Positions 21,218-32,580 of a DNA stretch of 40,659 bases are shown here, in pieces. The notes under the pieces are model-generated. The model saw nothing but the letters and a program-made list of their open reading frames with translations, was not told where the DNA came from and made no database searches. Numbering within the stretch: the stretch's first letter is position 1; the number at the start of each line of letters is the position of its first letter. The position numbers and the translations under genes were made by a program. The DNA is from Candidatus Iainarchaeum sp. (GTDB taxonomy: Archaea; Iainarchaeota; Iainarchaeia; Iainarchaeales; DTGL01), in NCBI GenBank assembly GCA_038886995.1, contig JAWALG010000007.1, forward strand, positions 1-40,659, in the 5' to 3' direction.

Positions 21218-21518
21218 CAAGCAACACCTTAATTGCAACCTTCTTCAGCAACTCCTTTTTTTCCTCAATCCTCCTTTCTAGTTCCCTTCTCTCCGCTGCG
21301 GCTTGCAAACTAATTTTCTTGGCCTCCTCTTCGCCCTTCTGCCGCGCTTTCTCAACAATCTCGTTGTAATTCCTTTCAGCTTCGGCCTTTGCCTTGAGCA
21401 AAATTTCTTCGGCCTCAGCCCTAGCTTGCTTTATCTTCTGTTCGCATCGCTTCTCTGCATCAGACACAAGAGCAAGGCTTTCCGCCTCAACCTGCTTTAT
21501 TTTTTTAAGTGCTTCCAT
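21210..21518 (-). CDS. atpH: A/V-type ATP synthase subunit H (G)
   Basis: MEALKKIKQVEAES..., a charged coiled coil; first gene of the operon. Confidence 0.85.
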   Translation of the reverse strand: MEALKKIKQVEAESLALVSDAEKRCEQKIKQARAEAEEILLKAKAEAERNYNEIVEKARQKGEEEAKKISLQAAAERRELERRIEEKKELLKKVAIKVLLDA

Positions 21519-21589
21519 CTTACCAACCAACAAACGCAAATGAATTACATCAACCCCGGCACCAAAACAAACTAAAACGCAAATAAGAG

Positions 21590-21643
21590 AAATTTTTACA
21601 ATAAACTTTCCGTTGTAAATATTTTTTTCAAAGGATATTTAAA
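21590..21643 (-). promoter_or_regulatory. Putative atp operon promoter (TATA 21643-21636) with a downstream inverted repeat
   Basis: Minus-strand TTTAAATA. The palindrome TTTACAA-N11-TTGTAAA (21595-21619) spans the expected start site. Confidence 0.45.
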
Positions 21644-21726
21644 AATCTATTGTTGCTTCTAATGAAAAAATTTTACATAAATCAAAATTGAAGCAAAAAT
21701 TGAGCGATTCAAACATATGGTTTTAA

Positions 21727-23180
<1,454 letters not shown>

Positions 23181-23181
23181 C

Positions 23182-24486
23182 ATGGATCTTGTCTTGAAAA
23201 ATTGCAAAACATTTTACAGAGGCAGAATCAGGTGCATTGATATTGCTTGCGGTGCTGGAAAAATAATTAGTATTGGAAAAAACCTAACTGGCAGCGAAAC
23301 TATAAATTGCAATGGCTTTTTCGTATTTCCTGGCTTGATTGATGTTCATGTGCATTTCAGAGTGCCAGGAGCGGAACATAAAGAGGACTGGCAGCATGGT
23401 AGCTTTGCGGCTTTGCACGGCGGCGTAACATGTGTCTTAGATATGCCAAATAACAATCCGGCTATTGTTGACACAAAAAGCCTTGTGACAAAAAAGAAGA
23501 TTGTTGGAAAAAATGCATTGGTTGACTATGGCTTATACTTAGGCGCTTCAAATAGAATCACTGCTTTGGATGAGAGCATAAGAGAACAAATCGCAGGGAT
23601 AAAGCTTTACATGTCTTCAGCAGCTGGTGAGTTGCTTGCAGACGAAGATGCACAAAGAAAGGCCTTTGAAGTAGCTTCATGCATTGGAAAAGCAATTGCA
23701 GTGCATGCTGAGGATGAGATGACAATTAATGAAAATGAGAAAAAGTTTAGGGGGAAAACAATATCAGTTCACCACCTGATAAGAGATGATGTGTGCGAGG
23801 CAAAGGCAATTGAAAAAGCAACAAATCTAGCAATAAGTACAGGGGCTTCTTTGCATGTTTGTCATGTCTCCAGCAAAAAAGGTCTCAATGTGCTTCTCCC
23901 ATTCCTAAAAAATGGAAAATTTTCCTGTGGAGTTACTCCGCACCATTTGTTCCTAACAGAAAAAGATGCTACCAAAATAGGCAACAAGGCAAAGGTTAAT
24001 CCTTCGATAAAAAAGAGAAAAGATCAGGCAGCACTTATAGAGGCGCTAAGGAACGGCTTAATAAGTGTGGTTGAAACAGACCATGCACCACATACTGAGG
24101 AAGAAAAAGGTGCTGAATATGAAAGCGCACCTTCAGGAATGCCTGGCTTGGAGACAATGCTGCCCTTGCTTTTAGATGCTTACAACAGAAGACTTTTGCC
24201 ATTGGTAAAAATAGTTGAGTGCTGTTGTGAAAACCCAGCCAGAATATTCGGTGTGAAGAGCAAGGGCCAAATAGAGGTTGGAAAGGATGCCGACTTTTGC
24301 GTAGTAAACCTAAAGAAGAGCCATAAGATTAGAAACGAGGGGCTTTTTACAAAATGCGGTTGGAGCGCTTTTGAAGGTAAGAAGCTGAAGGGCACCGTAG
24401 AGAAAACAATATTGCGTGGCACTCTGTGCTATGACAATGGTTCAATAGTTGATTCAATGAAAGGTTTTGATGTTTTTGGGGGGTGA
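23182..24486 (+). CDS. pyrC: Dihydroorotase
   Basis: PGLIDVHVHFRVPG, DMPN, HAED, TPHHL and TDHAPH. Confidence 0.95.
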   Translation: MDLVLKNCKTFYRGRIRCIDIACGAGKIISIGKNLTGSETINCNGFFVFPGLIDVHVHFRVPGAEHKEDWQHGSFAALHGGVTCVLDMPNNNPAIVDTKSLVTKKKIVGKNALVDYGLYLGASNRITALDESIREQIAGIKLYMSSAAGELLADEDAQRKAFEVASCIGKAIAVHAEDEMTINENEKKFRGKTISVHHLIRDDVCEAKAIEKATNLAISTGASLHVCHVSSKKGLNVLLPFLKNGKFSCGVTPHHLFLTEKDATKIGNKAKVNPSIKKRKDQAALIEALRNGLISVVETDHAPHTEEEKGAEYESAPSGMPGLETMLPLLLDAYNRRLLPLVKIVECCCENPARIFGVKSKGQIEVGKDADFCVVNLKKSHKIRNEGLFTKCGWSAFEGKKLKGTVEKTILRGTLCYDNGSIVDSMKGFDVFGG

Positions 24487-24490
24487 TTGA

Positions 24491-25135
24491 ATGAAAAGCG
24501 AAAAAGTTGCTGAATTGCTGCTTAAGATTGGTGCCGTTACGCTAAGGCCAAAAAAACCTTTTAGGTATGCCTCTGGGATACTTTCGCCGATATACACTGA
24601 TAATCGACTGCTAATGGGGTATCCAAAAGAGAGAAAGAAAATAATAGTAGCTATGAAGGAACTTATCGATGAAAAGAAAATAGATTTTGAGTTTGTTTCT
24701 GGCACAGCAACAGCAGCAATACCGCACGCAGCATGGCTTGCAGAACTGCTAAGAAAACCAATGGTCTATGTGCGCAGTGACAGAAAAGACCATGGCAAAG
24801 AAAACCAGGTTGAAGGCCTTATAAAGCAGGGCGCTGTTGCCTTGAACATTGAAGATCTAATAAGCACCGGTGGCAGTGCAATAGCTACAATAGATACTCT
24901 TAGAAATGCTGGCTTTGTTGCAAAGGACTGCGTTGCAATATTTACTTACGAGATGAAAAAGGCATCCGAAGCGTTTGCAAACGCTGGCGTTTCTTTACAT
25001 CCGCTAACAACATTCAGCACATTGGTGAAAGTTGCACAAGAGAAAGGTTATATAAGCGAAACAGAGCTGAATATTGCAAAGGAATGGAACAAGGATCCTG
25101 AAAATTGGGCAAAAAGGTTTGGGTTCGAGGGGTGA
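24491..25135 (+). CDS. pyrE: Orotate phosphoribosyltransferase
   Basis: ASGILSPIYTDNR, YVRSDRKDHG and PRPP motif IEDLISTGGS. Confidence 0.96.
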   Translation: MKSEKVAELLLKIGAVTLRPKKPFRYASGILSPIYTDNRLLMGYPKERKKIIVAMKELIDEKKIDFEFVSGTATAAIPHAAWLAELLRKPMVYVRSDRKDHGKENQVEGLIKQGAVALNIEDLISTGGSAIATIDTLRNAGFVAKDCVAIFTYEMKKASEAFANAGVSLHPLTTFSTLVKVAQEKGYISETELNIAKEWNKDPENWAKRFGFEG

Positions 25136-26010
25136 GCATTTTGCAAAGAGATTTCTTAAGCTTTCTAAAGGGTTCTTCTGAGAAAAACAAAAGCATAGTT
25201 TGCATGGGGCTTGATCCAGTAATTGAAAAGATTCCCTTAAAAGGAAAAGGCGTAGAGCACAAGATAGTTAAGTTTTACTCTGAAATCATATCTGCCTGCA
25301 AATCTGAGAAATGTATGCCTTCGGCTTTTAAGCCAAACTATGCATTCTATGCGCAGTATGGCTTCGCGGGACTTCGCGCGCTTAAAAAGGTAATTAGCAT
25401 TTGTAAAAGAACAGGCCTTCCTGTTATACTTGATGTAAAGCGCTCAGACATAGGAAAGACAAGCGCAGCTTATGCAAAGGAGATATTTGAATTCTTTGAA
25501 GCTGATGCCTGCACAATACTGCCTTACTTTGGCACTGATTCTGTACAGCCGTTTTTAGATTATTGTAAAAATGGATTTGGTGTATATGCGCTGAACAGAA
25601 GCTCTAATGAAAGCGCAAAGGAGTTCCAAAACATCTTGTGCAATGGCTCGCCTTTTTACATAGTAACTGCAGAGAAAATTGCGCAGTGGAGCAGAAATTC
25701 CAGAAATAATTTTGGGGCTATTGTTGGTGCTACATCAGTTGCTGAGCTGAAAGAAATTGTATCAGTTTACAAGAAAACTTGCGAGGTGCCACTTTTAATA
25801 CCTGGCGTTGGTGCACAAGGCGGCTCGGCAAAAGAGGTTGTTGTTGCTCTGCATGAAGCTGGATACGACTTAAGAATTGTACGCATAAATGCTTCAGCTT
25901 CGCTTAATTACGCATACGAAAAATACTGCACTGATGACTATGGCGGAGCTGCCGTAAAAGCACTTAAAGATTTGAACAAAGAAATTGCTTTTGGTGAAAG
26001 GGTTGATTGA
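25132..26010 (+). CDS. pyrF: Orotidine-5'-phosphate decarboxylase (subfamily 2)
   Basis: CMGLDP, FKPN, DVKRSDIGKT, VGAT and LIPGVGAQGG. GTG start overlaps the pyrE stop. Confidence 0.94.
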   Translation: MSILQRDFLSFLKGSSEKNKSIVCMGLDPVIEKIPLKGKGVEHKIVKFYSEIISACKSEKCMPSAFKPNYAFYAQYGFAGLRALKKVISICKRTGLPVILDVKRSDIGKTSAAYAKEIFEFFEADACTILPYFGTDSVQPFLDYCKNGFGVYALNRSSNESAKEFQNILCNGSPFYIVTAEKIAQWSRNSRNNFGAIVGATSVAELKEIVSVYKKTCEVPLLIPGVGAQGGSAKEVVVALHEAGYDLRIVRINASASLNYAYEKYCTDDYGGAAVKALKDLNKEIAFGERVD

Positions 26011-26923
26011 TATTTTAAAAACAGAGCTTTGTGGCATAGAGCTGAAAAATCCCCTGATTTTAGCATCGGGAGTGCTAGGGCTCAACAAGGAAACACTTAT
26101 GATAGCAGAGAAAGGTGGTGCCGGTGCTTTGACAATAAAAAGCATCACAACTGAGCCAAGGGAAGGCCATGAAACACCGAATGTTGCTTTTTTTGAGTCA
26201 GGAATGCTAAATGCATTTGGGTATAACAATATTGGCCTTTGCAAAGCAACGCAAGAATTCTCGGATTTGAGTTGCTTTAAAGTTCCTGTTTTCGGGAGCT
26301 GCACTGCTGGAAGCCCTGAAGAATTTGCAAATCTTGTAAAAGAGCTTGATAAGCTTGACTTTAAGGCCTTTGAGCTACCTGTTTCATGCCCGCACACACC
26401 AGGGCATGGATTGCTTTCTGGGCAAAACGAGCGCAGGTTTGTTGAGAAGGTTATAAAAAAATGCAGGAAAAAGACAAAAAAACCAATTTTCTTGAAAATA
26501 AATGCAGGCCTTCCAAATTTTGCAGAGGTTTCACTTTGCGCACAAAAAGCTGGTGCTGATGCTATTGTATGCTCAAATACACTCCCTGGAATGATTATTG
26601 ACATAAATGCCAGAAGCCCTTTGCTCTCTTTCAAGAAAGGGGGTGTATCTGGGCCTGCTATAAGGCCCATGGTGATAAAGGCAGTTTATGAGTTATATGA
26701 AACAATAAAGATTCCAATAATTGGAGTTGGCGGCATATCGCGAGGAGAGCATGTAATTGAGTATTTAACGGCTGGCGCAAGCGCAGTTGGCATAGCCACA
26801 GGAGTATTGCAAAGAGGCCCATCTGTTTTCAAGAAATGCTCAAATGAAATCACATGCTGGATGAAAAAACACAACTACAAAAACGTTTCAGAGCTGATTG
26901 GGGTTGCACATGAGAGAGTTTGA
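26003..26923 (+). CDS. pyrD: Dihydroorotate dehydrogenase 1B catalytic subunit
   Basis: LKNPLILASG, KSIT, SCPH, NT, GGVSGPAIRP and IIGVGGI. TTG start after SD GGTGA. Confidence 0.95.
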   Translation: MIDILKTELCGIELKNPLILASGVLGLNKETLMIAEKGGAGALTIKSITTEPREGHETPNVAFFESGMLNAFGYNNIGLCKATQEFSDLSCFKVPVFGSCTAGSPEEFANLVKELDKLDFKAFELPVSCPHTPGHGLLSGQNERRFVEKVIKKCRKKTKKPIFLKINAGLPNFAEVSLCAQKAGADAIVCSNTLPGMIIDINARSPLLSFKKGGVSGPAIRPMVIKAVYELYETIKIPIIGVGGISRGEHVIEYLTAGASAVGIATGVLQRGPSVFKKCSNEITCWMKKHNYKNVSELIGVAHERV

Positions 26924-27656
26924 AAAAAACAAAATGATTGAAGGGCGCTTGGTTAAAAAGACAATAATTTGTGAGGATATTGCTGTCTTTGAGGTTGAAC
27001 TTGATAAAAAGCTGAAAGCAAGGCCTGGGCAATTTGTAATGCTTTGGATTCCAAATGTTGGAGAAAGGCCTTTCAGCCCAACAAGAATTGGTAAAGAAAT
27101 AGAGTTGGCTGTAAAAAAGAAGGGTGCGTTCACGAAAAAACTATTTGAACTTGAGGTTGGATCTTATGTTGGAGTCCGTGGCCCTTATGGCAACGGCTTT
27201 AAAACTAAAGGGGTGAAAAGGGCATTAGTTGTTGCTGGCGGCATAGGCGTTGCAGCACTGGTAAATCTGATAGAATCTTTGAAGGCTGCAAGGGCTGATG
27301 TTGATGTGGTATATTCTGCAAAAAAATGCGAAAGCATGGTTTTTTTGGAACGCATTAAGAAAAATGCAAAGGTTACTGCAATAGAAGAAGAAAAGTGCAT
27401 GAAGACAATCGAAGCATTGCGGGGGCTTTTTGATGCAAAAAGATATGATTGCGTTTACTGCTGTGGTCCTGAGCCATTTATGGCTGAAGTCAGCAATTTT
27501 TGCAAAAAGGTCAAGATCAGAGCTGAGTTTTCGCTTGAGAGAAAGATGAAATGCGCTGTTGGGATTTGTGGATCTTGCATATGCAATGGAAAACTTTTAT
27601 GCAGAGATGGGCCTGTTTTCTCTTGCTTGCAAGCATCAAAAAGTTTAGCTGAATAG
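26910..27656 (+). CDS. pyrK: Dihydroorotate dehydrogenase electron transfer subunit
   Basis: PGQFVMLW, RPFS, GPYGNGF, AGGIG, CGPEPFM and [2Fe-2S] motif MKCAVGICGSC...LCRDGPVF. Confidence 0.95.
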   Translation: MREFEKNKMIEGRLVKKTIICEDIAVFEVELDKKLKARPGQFVMLWIPNVGERPFSPTRIGKEIELAVKKKGAFTKKLFELEVGSYVGVRGPYGNGFKTKGVKRALVVAGGIGVAALVNLIESLKAARADVDVVYSAKKCESMVFLERIKKNAKVTAIEEEKCMKTIEALRGLFDAKRYDCVYCCGPEPFMAEVSNFCKKVKIRAEFSLERKMKCAVGICGSCICNGKLLCRDGPVFSCLQASKSLAE

Positions 27657-27713
27657 AAAGAATAACTATTTAAACGAGAAAGAAATAAGTTAATACAAAG
27701 TTAGGGTGTCTCT

Positions 27714-28994
27714 ATGAGAAAAGAATATGTTGATTTGAGTTATAGGCCAACAAAAAAGGATCTTGTCTGCGAATATTACCTTGAGCCTGCAAAAGGCCTT
27801 AGCTTAGAAGAAGCAGCCACGCATCTTGCCGGTGAAAGTTCAATAGATACATGGTCAGACATACTTACGCTTTCGCCAAAGATTGCAAAGAGGCTTAAGC
27901 CGCATGTCTTCTTCATAGACAAGAAGAGAAGCACTATTAAAGTGGCTTACAACCCAGAGGTTTTTGAATATGGCTCTGTGCCTCAGCTTTTGAGCAGCAT
28001 TGCGGGAAACATTTACAGCATGAAACTCCTAGAAAACCTGCGTTTGCAGGATGTAACCATACCAAGCAACATGCTGAAAACATTTAGAGGACCAAAATTT
28101 GGGCTTTCTGGTGTGAGAAAAGCACTTGGTGTGAAAAAAAGGCCTCTTGTTGGTACAATCGTAAAGCCAAAGGTTGGGCTAACAAGTGAGCAGCACGCCA
28201 AGGTTGCTTACGAGGCCTGGCTAGGTGGCTGCGATGTTGTAAAAGACGACGAAAATCTTACAAGCCAGAGGTTCAATCCTTTTGAGAAAAGGGTCAAGCT
28301 GACTTTAAAAGCTAGAGAGAAAGCTGAAAAGGAGACAGGCGAGCGCAAGGAATATATGTGCAATGTAACAGCACCGACATGTGAGGAGATGATAAGGAGG
28401 GCAAAGCTTGCAAAAAAGCTTGGGAGCGGTTACATAATGATAGATATAATACCTGTTGGATGGACAGCACTACAAACGCTAAGAGAAGCAAATGAAGACC
28501 TTGGGCTGATAATTCATGCCCATAGGTGCATGCATTCTGCGCTCACTAGAAACAAGAAGCATGGCTTAAGCATGCTCATGATTGCGAAGTTGACAAGGTT
28601 GATAGGCCTTGATCAGCTGCATGTTGGCACAGTCGTTGGGAAAATGCATGGCGAAAAGCCGGAAGTTTTATGTGTTAGGGATGAATGTGTGCTTAAGCAT
28701 GTGAAAGAGGATTACAACTCAAATGTGCTAGAACAGGACTGGCAAAATATAAAGCCAATGTTTCCAGTGGCTTCTGGTGGGCTACACCCACTAATGGTTC
28801 CTGAGCTATTAGAAATATTTGGCAATGACATAATAATGCAATTTGGCGGAGGCATACATGCACATCCGAAAGGCACTGTTGCTGGCGCTAAGGCATGCAA
28901 GCAGGCCCTTGATGCAGCAATGAATAATATGCCATTAAAAGAAGCAGCCAAACAGCACAAAGAGCTTGCCGAAGCTATGAAGAAATGGGGTTGA
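27714..28994 (+). CDS. rbcL: Form III RuBisCO large subunit
   Basis: GESS, AGN, GTIVKPKVG, carbamylation motif KDDEN, HAHRCMH, loop 6 VGK, ASGG and QFGGG. Own TATA-like TTTAAA at 27669. Confidence 0.96.
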   Translation: MRKEYVDLSYRPTKKDLVCEYYLEPAKGLSLEEAATHLAGESSIDTWSDILTLSPKIAKRLKPHVFFIDKKRSTIKVAYNPEVFEYGSVPQLLSSIAGNIYSMKLLENLRLQDVTIPSNMLKTFRGPKFGLSGVRKALGVKKRPLVGTIVKPKVGLTSEQHAKVAYEAWLGGCDVVKDDENLTSQRFNPFEKRVKLTLKAREKAEKETGERKEYMCNVTAPTCEEMIRRAKLAKKLGSGYIMIDIIPVGWTALQTLREANEDLGLIIHAHRCMHSALTRNKKHGLSMLMIAKLTRLIGLDQLHVGTVVGKMHGEKPEVLCVRDECVLKHVKEDYNSNVLEQDWQNIKPMFPVASGGLHPLMVPELLEIFGNDIIMQFGGGIHAHPKGTVAGAKACKQALDAAMNNMPLKEAAKQHKELAEAMKKWG

Positions 28995-29678
28995 GTTTTG
29001 GGCTTTTAAAGGAATTATTAACAAAAGGCACTTGGCCAAACCTGGCTTTAAAAGTAGTTATAATTATTGTTTTGTTGATTTACATCCTGACTTTTGTCTA
29101 CGATTATTTTTTAGGTGGGCTTTTTTCGGCTTTATTGATTTTCCTTGTTTTGTTGTGATTGATGAAAAAGGATGTATTGGCATAAACAGTGATGTTAACC
29201 TGGAAGAACTTAAACAAGCCGACCTTGCAATTTATCTCAACAGCTATGAAGCCGGTTGGGCTAGCGCAGGATGTCTTTCAAAAGTAACAAAAAGAGGCAA
29301 AACGAGGCTATAAAAATTGAGGGGCATTCCTTTCGCGTATATGAAGGAAAGTTAGTCATAGATGAAAAAATATTTTTGGGTAAGGGCGAATCATGGCACC
29401 ATAGTGGGACGCCTGAGTTTCAAAGCATGATAACGGTTGAAGTGCCAGAAATATTTGTTGAGAACAAAGGGTTTGTGGATTGCGCAAAAATGCCAAAAAA
29501 TGGGCTTACAACTGAAATTTCCGCTGTTGTAATAGTTACTGGCAGCAAAGGCACTTGCTTTGGTTGGAATATTGTAGGAATAGCTTTTTTCTTCCTCCTT
29601 TTGGCTTCTTTAATCTTGGTGTTTATAATGGAAAGAAGAGCAAGTGGCGCTTTTAAGAAACTTAAACATTTTAAATAA
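28991..29678 (+). pseudogene. Probable frameshifted membrane-protein gene in three overlapping frames (or three small ORFs)
   Basis: Unlisted 55-aa hydrophobic ORF 28991-29158 with TTG coupled to the rbcL stop. It overlaps ORF 29032-29313, which overlaps ORF 29271-29678 (C-terminal TM). Each step is a -1 shift with T or A homopolymers in the overlap. Confidence 0.5.
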
Positions 29679-29721
29679 TGATGATTTACTTTAAGTATAC
29701 CGTTTGCTTAGTGTGGTGTTT

Positions 29722-31242
29722 ATGGGAAGTTACTCTATAAGTTTAAATGCGAGGATTCTTCCAATAAGAGCTGGTAAGCCGGTTGCTATTTTGAGTGCTG
29801 AAAAGGCCAGGGAATTAGGAATAATGACACTTGACAGAATAGAAATTTTTAACCCAAGGGAAAAAAAGCGCTGTGTTGCAATAGTGGACATTGCGAAAAC
29901 TTTTGTCTCTGATAAAGAGATAGGCCTTTTCGAAGACCTTTGGGAAGAACTTAAGGTCATAGACAACGAGCAGCTTTTGGTTAGGGCTATAGAAAGGCCA
30001 AAAAGCGTAGAGTACATAAAGAAGAAGATTCTCGGCGGTGCTCTCACAGAAGCTGAAATAAGGAGCATTGTAAATGACATTGACAAAAACAGGATAAGTG
30101 ATGTTGAAGCAGGCGCCTTCCTGAGCGCAGTATATATACACGGCTATAACATGGAAGAAACAATTGCCATGACGAAAGCAATAATTGAGAACGGAAAAAG
30201 GATAAAGTTTGGTGTTGGTCCAATTGTTGATAAGCACTCAATAGGTGGAACAAATGGCAGAGCCACAATGGTTATTGTGCCTATTGTGGCAGCAGCAGGC
30301 ATTTACATACCAAAAACATCTTCTAGGTCGATAACCTCTGCAGCTGGAACTGCTGACGCAATGGAAGTACTCGCTAATGTATGCTTGTCAGATGTTGAAA
30401 TAAAGGAGATTACAAAAAAAGTTGGTGGTGTTATTGCGTGGGGTGGTGCACTTAACTTGGCACCAGTTGATGAGAAAATAATAAGCATTGAATACCCGCT
30501 GTCTTTAAACCCACAAGGCCAAATAATTGCAAGCGTACTTGCAAAAAAGGCATCCGTAGGCTCACAGTATGTAGTAATTGACATACCCATTGGAAAAGGC
30601 CTGAAGATAGAAAACAAGGGCGATGCAGAAATAATGGCAGGAAAATTTATAGATGTTGGAAAAAAACTTGGCATGCATATTGAAGTAGTGATAACTGATG
30701 GAAACCAGCCCTGCGGGCCTGCTTTTGGGCCTGCCCTTGAAGCGAAGCACGCTATGGAAATACTTGAGGGAAAGCGATTTGATAACTTGGCGCAAAAAAG
30801 CTGTGAACTTGCAGGGGTTTTATTCGAGCTCACTGGAAAGGCGAAAAGTGGCAAAGGAACAGAGCTTGCGAAAAAAATATTGCAATCGGGTAAAGCCCTA
30901 AAGAAGATGAAAGAAATAATAAAGGCACAGAAAGGCACAATCTTTAAGTCAGCCGATATTGAGCTTGCTGAATACAAAGCAGATGTTATATCAAAAAAGG
31001 ATGGCATAGTATCACATATAAACATAAGGCGCCTAACAAACATTGCTAGGGCTGCCGGCGCACCTTACAACAAAAAAGCAGGTGTGCTTTTGAGTGTTGA
31101 GCCAGGGGATCGCATTAGAAAGAAAGCAAAATTGTACCAGATATATGCTGAAAACGAATGCAAGCTTAAAGCTGCCTTAAGAGAGGCCTGTGCTGATAAT
31201 GGAATAGAGCTCGGAAAAATAATAATAAAGAAGATTGAGTAA
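29722..31242 (+). CDS. deoA: AMP (NMP) phosphorylase
   Basis: About 506 aa with the N-terminal extra domain. DKHSIGG, IPKTSSRSITSAAGTAD, GPALEA and IARAAGAP. Confidence 0.94.
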   Translation: MGSYSISLNARILPIRAGKPVAILSAEKARELGIMTLDRIEIFNPREKKRCVAIVDIAKTFVSDKEIGLFEDLWEELKVIDNEQLLVRAIERPKSVEYIKKKILGGALTEAEIRSIVNDIDKNRISDVEAGAFLSAVYIHGYNMEETIAMTKAIIENGKRIKFGVGPIVDKHSIGGTNGRATMVIVPIVAAAGIYIPKTSSRSITSAAGTADAMEVLANVCLSDVEIKEITKKVGGVIAWGGALNLAPVDEKIISIEYPLSLNPQGQIIASVLAKKASVGSQYVVIDIPIGKGLKIENKGDAEIMAGKFIDVGKKLGMHIEVVITDGNQPCGPAFGPALEAKHAMEILEGKRFDNLAQKSCELAGVLFELTGKAKSGKGTELAKKILQSGKALKKMKEIIKAQKGTIFKSADIELAEYKADVISKKDGIVSHINIRRLTNIARAAGAPYNKKAGVLLSVEPGDRIRKKAKLYQIYAENECKLKAALREACADNGIELGKIIIKKIE

Positions 31243-31295
31243 AGCTTAAATAAAAGGTTGCCTTAAGAGTATTTGTGAAAGGAAGGAATCTTAAG

Positions 31296-31772
31296 ATGCC
31301 TTACAGCAAACCCTTAATTGTAACAATTATTTGTGTTTTTTTAGCATCATTTGGACTTGCACAAGGAATTGCAAGTGTCTCGGTTGAAAACATTAATGAT
31401 GACCAGAACATGGAAATTTATGTAAGGTGCTATTCAAATGATAACAACTATGTTGAAATACACATATATGGTCCAGATGGGGCTGAAATTCTACCAAGCA
31501 GCGGTGGCACATTTCCTGCGTATTCTTGCAGTGCCCTCGACTCAGCCCCTTGGGTAATAAGTCAGTCACCTACTTGGAATGCTGGAGTTTACAGGATTGA
31601 TGTTAAAATGCAGGATCCTAATGCATCAAAATGCGATCCTTGTTTTGTTACACGGAATGTTGCAGTGAGAAGAACAATAAGGTCTTTTATACCTGAAAAC
31701 GAGTTCATTTTGCCTATGTTTGCTTTCTCGCTAGTTTTTTCTTTTCTTTTTTCTGAGAAACGGCGGAAATAG
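31296..31772 (+). CDS. Secreted/surface protein with a C-terminal IPE-TM-basic sorting-signal-like tail
   Basis: N-terminal signal peptide, four Cys in the mature part, and C-terminus IPENEFILPMFAFSLVFSFLFSEKRRK. Confidence 0.7.
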   Translation: MPYSKPLIVTIICVFLASFGLAQGIASVSVENINDDQNMEIYVRCYSNDNNYVEIHIYGPDGAEILPSSGGTFPAYSCSALDSAPWVISQSPTWNAGVYRIDVKMQDPNASKCDPCFVTRNVAVRRTIRSFIPENEFILPMFAFSLVFSFLFSEKRRK

Positions 31773-32577
31773 TTTCAAACAATTCAAAGAACTCTGAAAC
31801 TTCTGTTAGTTCAACTTTTGAATCCAAATTGAAGTCCTTTAGCTCTTTTTGAGTGGTCTCATAATTTATGCCAAAATTAGAATTCAAAAATGCCTCTGCG
31901 CAAGCAAGCGCATTGCTTAGGTTCTTTTTTCTGTACCGGAAAAGCTCGGCAACAAACCTGTAAAAAAGTGCATCGCTTTCTGATGGTTTGCTCTGCTTGT
32001 GCGGCAATATTCTGATTATTGCTGAGTCGGATTTTGGTTTTGGGAAAAAAGATGATGCACTAACCTTTTCAATAACCTCAACATCTGCTTTATGCTGCAA
32101 AAAGACCGTTATAGCAGAATAGCTCGGAAAGCCCGGCATTGCTGTTAGTTTCTCAGCAAATTCCTCTTGAAAAACAAGTAATGCTGAATCAAACTCATGC
32201 TTAAGGATTTTCAGCACAATTTTCTTACTTATCCTATATGGTGGTATAGAAACAACTTTGTTGAAATCAGGTAGTTGTGCTTTAAGGAAATCACCACATA
32301 TTATCGAAACGTTAAGCTCTTTGAGTTCTTCCATAAGCAAATCGCAGAGGTCATAATCGAGCTCATAAGCAAAAACCTTACACTTAGCTGCTAATTCCCT
32401 GGTGAGAAAACCTGTACCTGCACCAACTTCAACTACTTTGTCACTTGGGCTAAGATCAGCAAGCTCAACAAGCTTTCTTATAACATCTTCATTTATCATG
32501 AAGTGTTGGCCCAATGTCTTCTTGGGTCTTATCCTGTACCTTACAAAGAGGTCATTAAGCTCAGCAAAAAGAGCCAT
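31714..32577 (-). CDS. rsmA: 16S rRNA m6,2A dimethyltransferase KsgA/Dim1
   Basis: KKTLGQHF, VEVGAGTGFLT, SIPPY, FQEEFA, FFPKPKSDS and RKK. Confidence 0.94.
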   Translation of the reverse strand: MALFAELNDLFVRYRIRPKKTLGQHFMINEDVIRKLVELADLSPSDKVVEVGAGTGFLTRELAAKCKVFAYELDYDLCDLLMEELKELNVSIICGDFLKAQLPDFNKVVSIPPYRISKKIVLKILKHEFDSALLVFQEEFAEKLTAMPGFPSYSAITVFLQHKADVEVIEKVSASSFFPKPKSDSAIIRILPHKQSKPSESDALFYRFVAELFRYRKKNLSNALACAEAFLNSNFGINYETTQKELKDFNLDSKVELTEVSEFFELFETISAVSQKKEKKKLARKQT

Positions 32578-32580
32578 AAC

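Noticed and set aside
21519..21640. In-frame hydrophobic upstream extension of atpH (possible membrane anchor)
   Set aside because: The open frame continues to a TAA near 21640 but has no ATG/GTG/TTG upstream of 21539. It is more simply a GU-rich 5' UTR.
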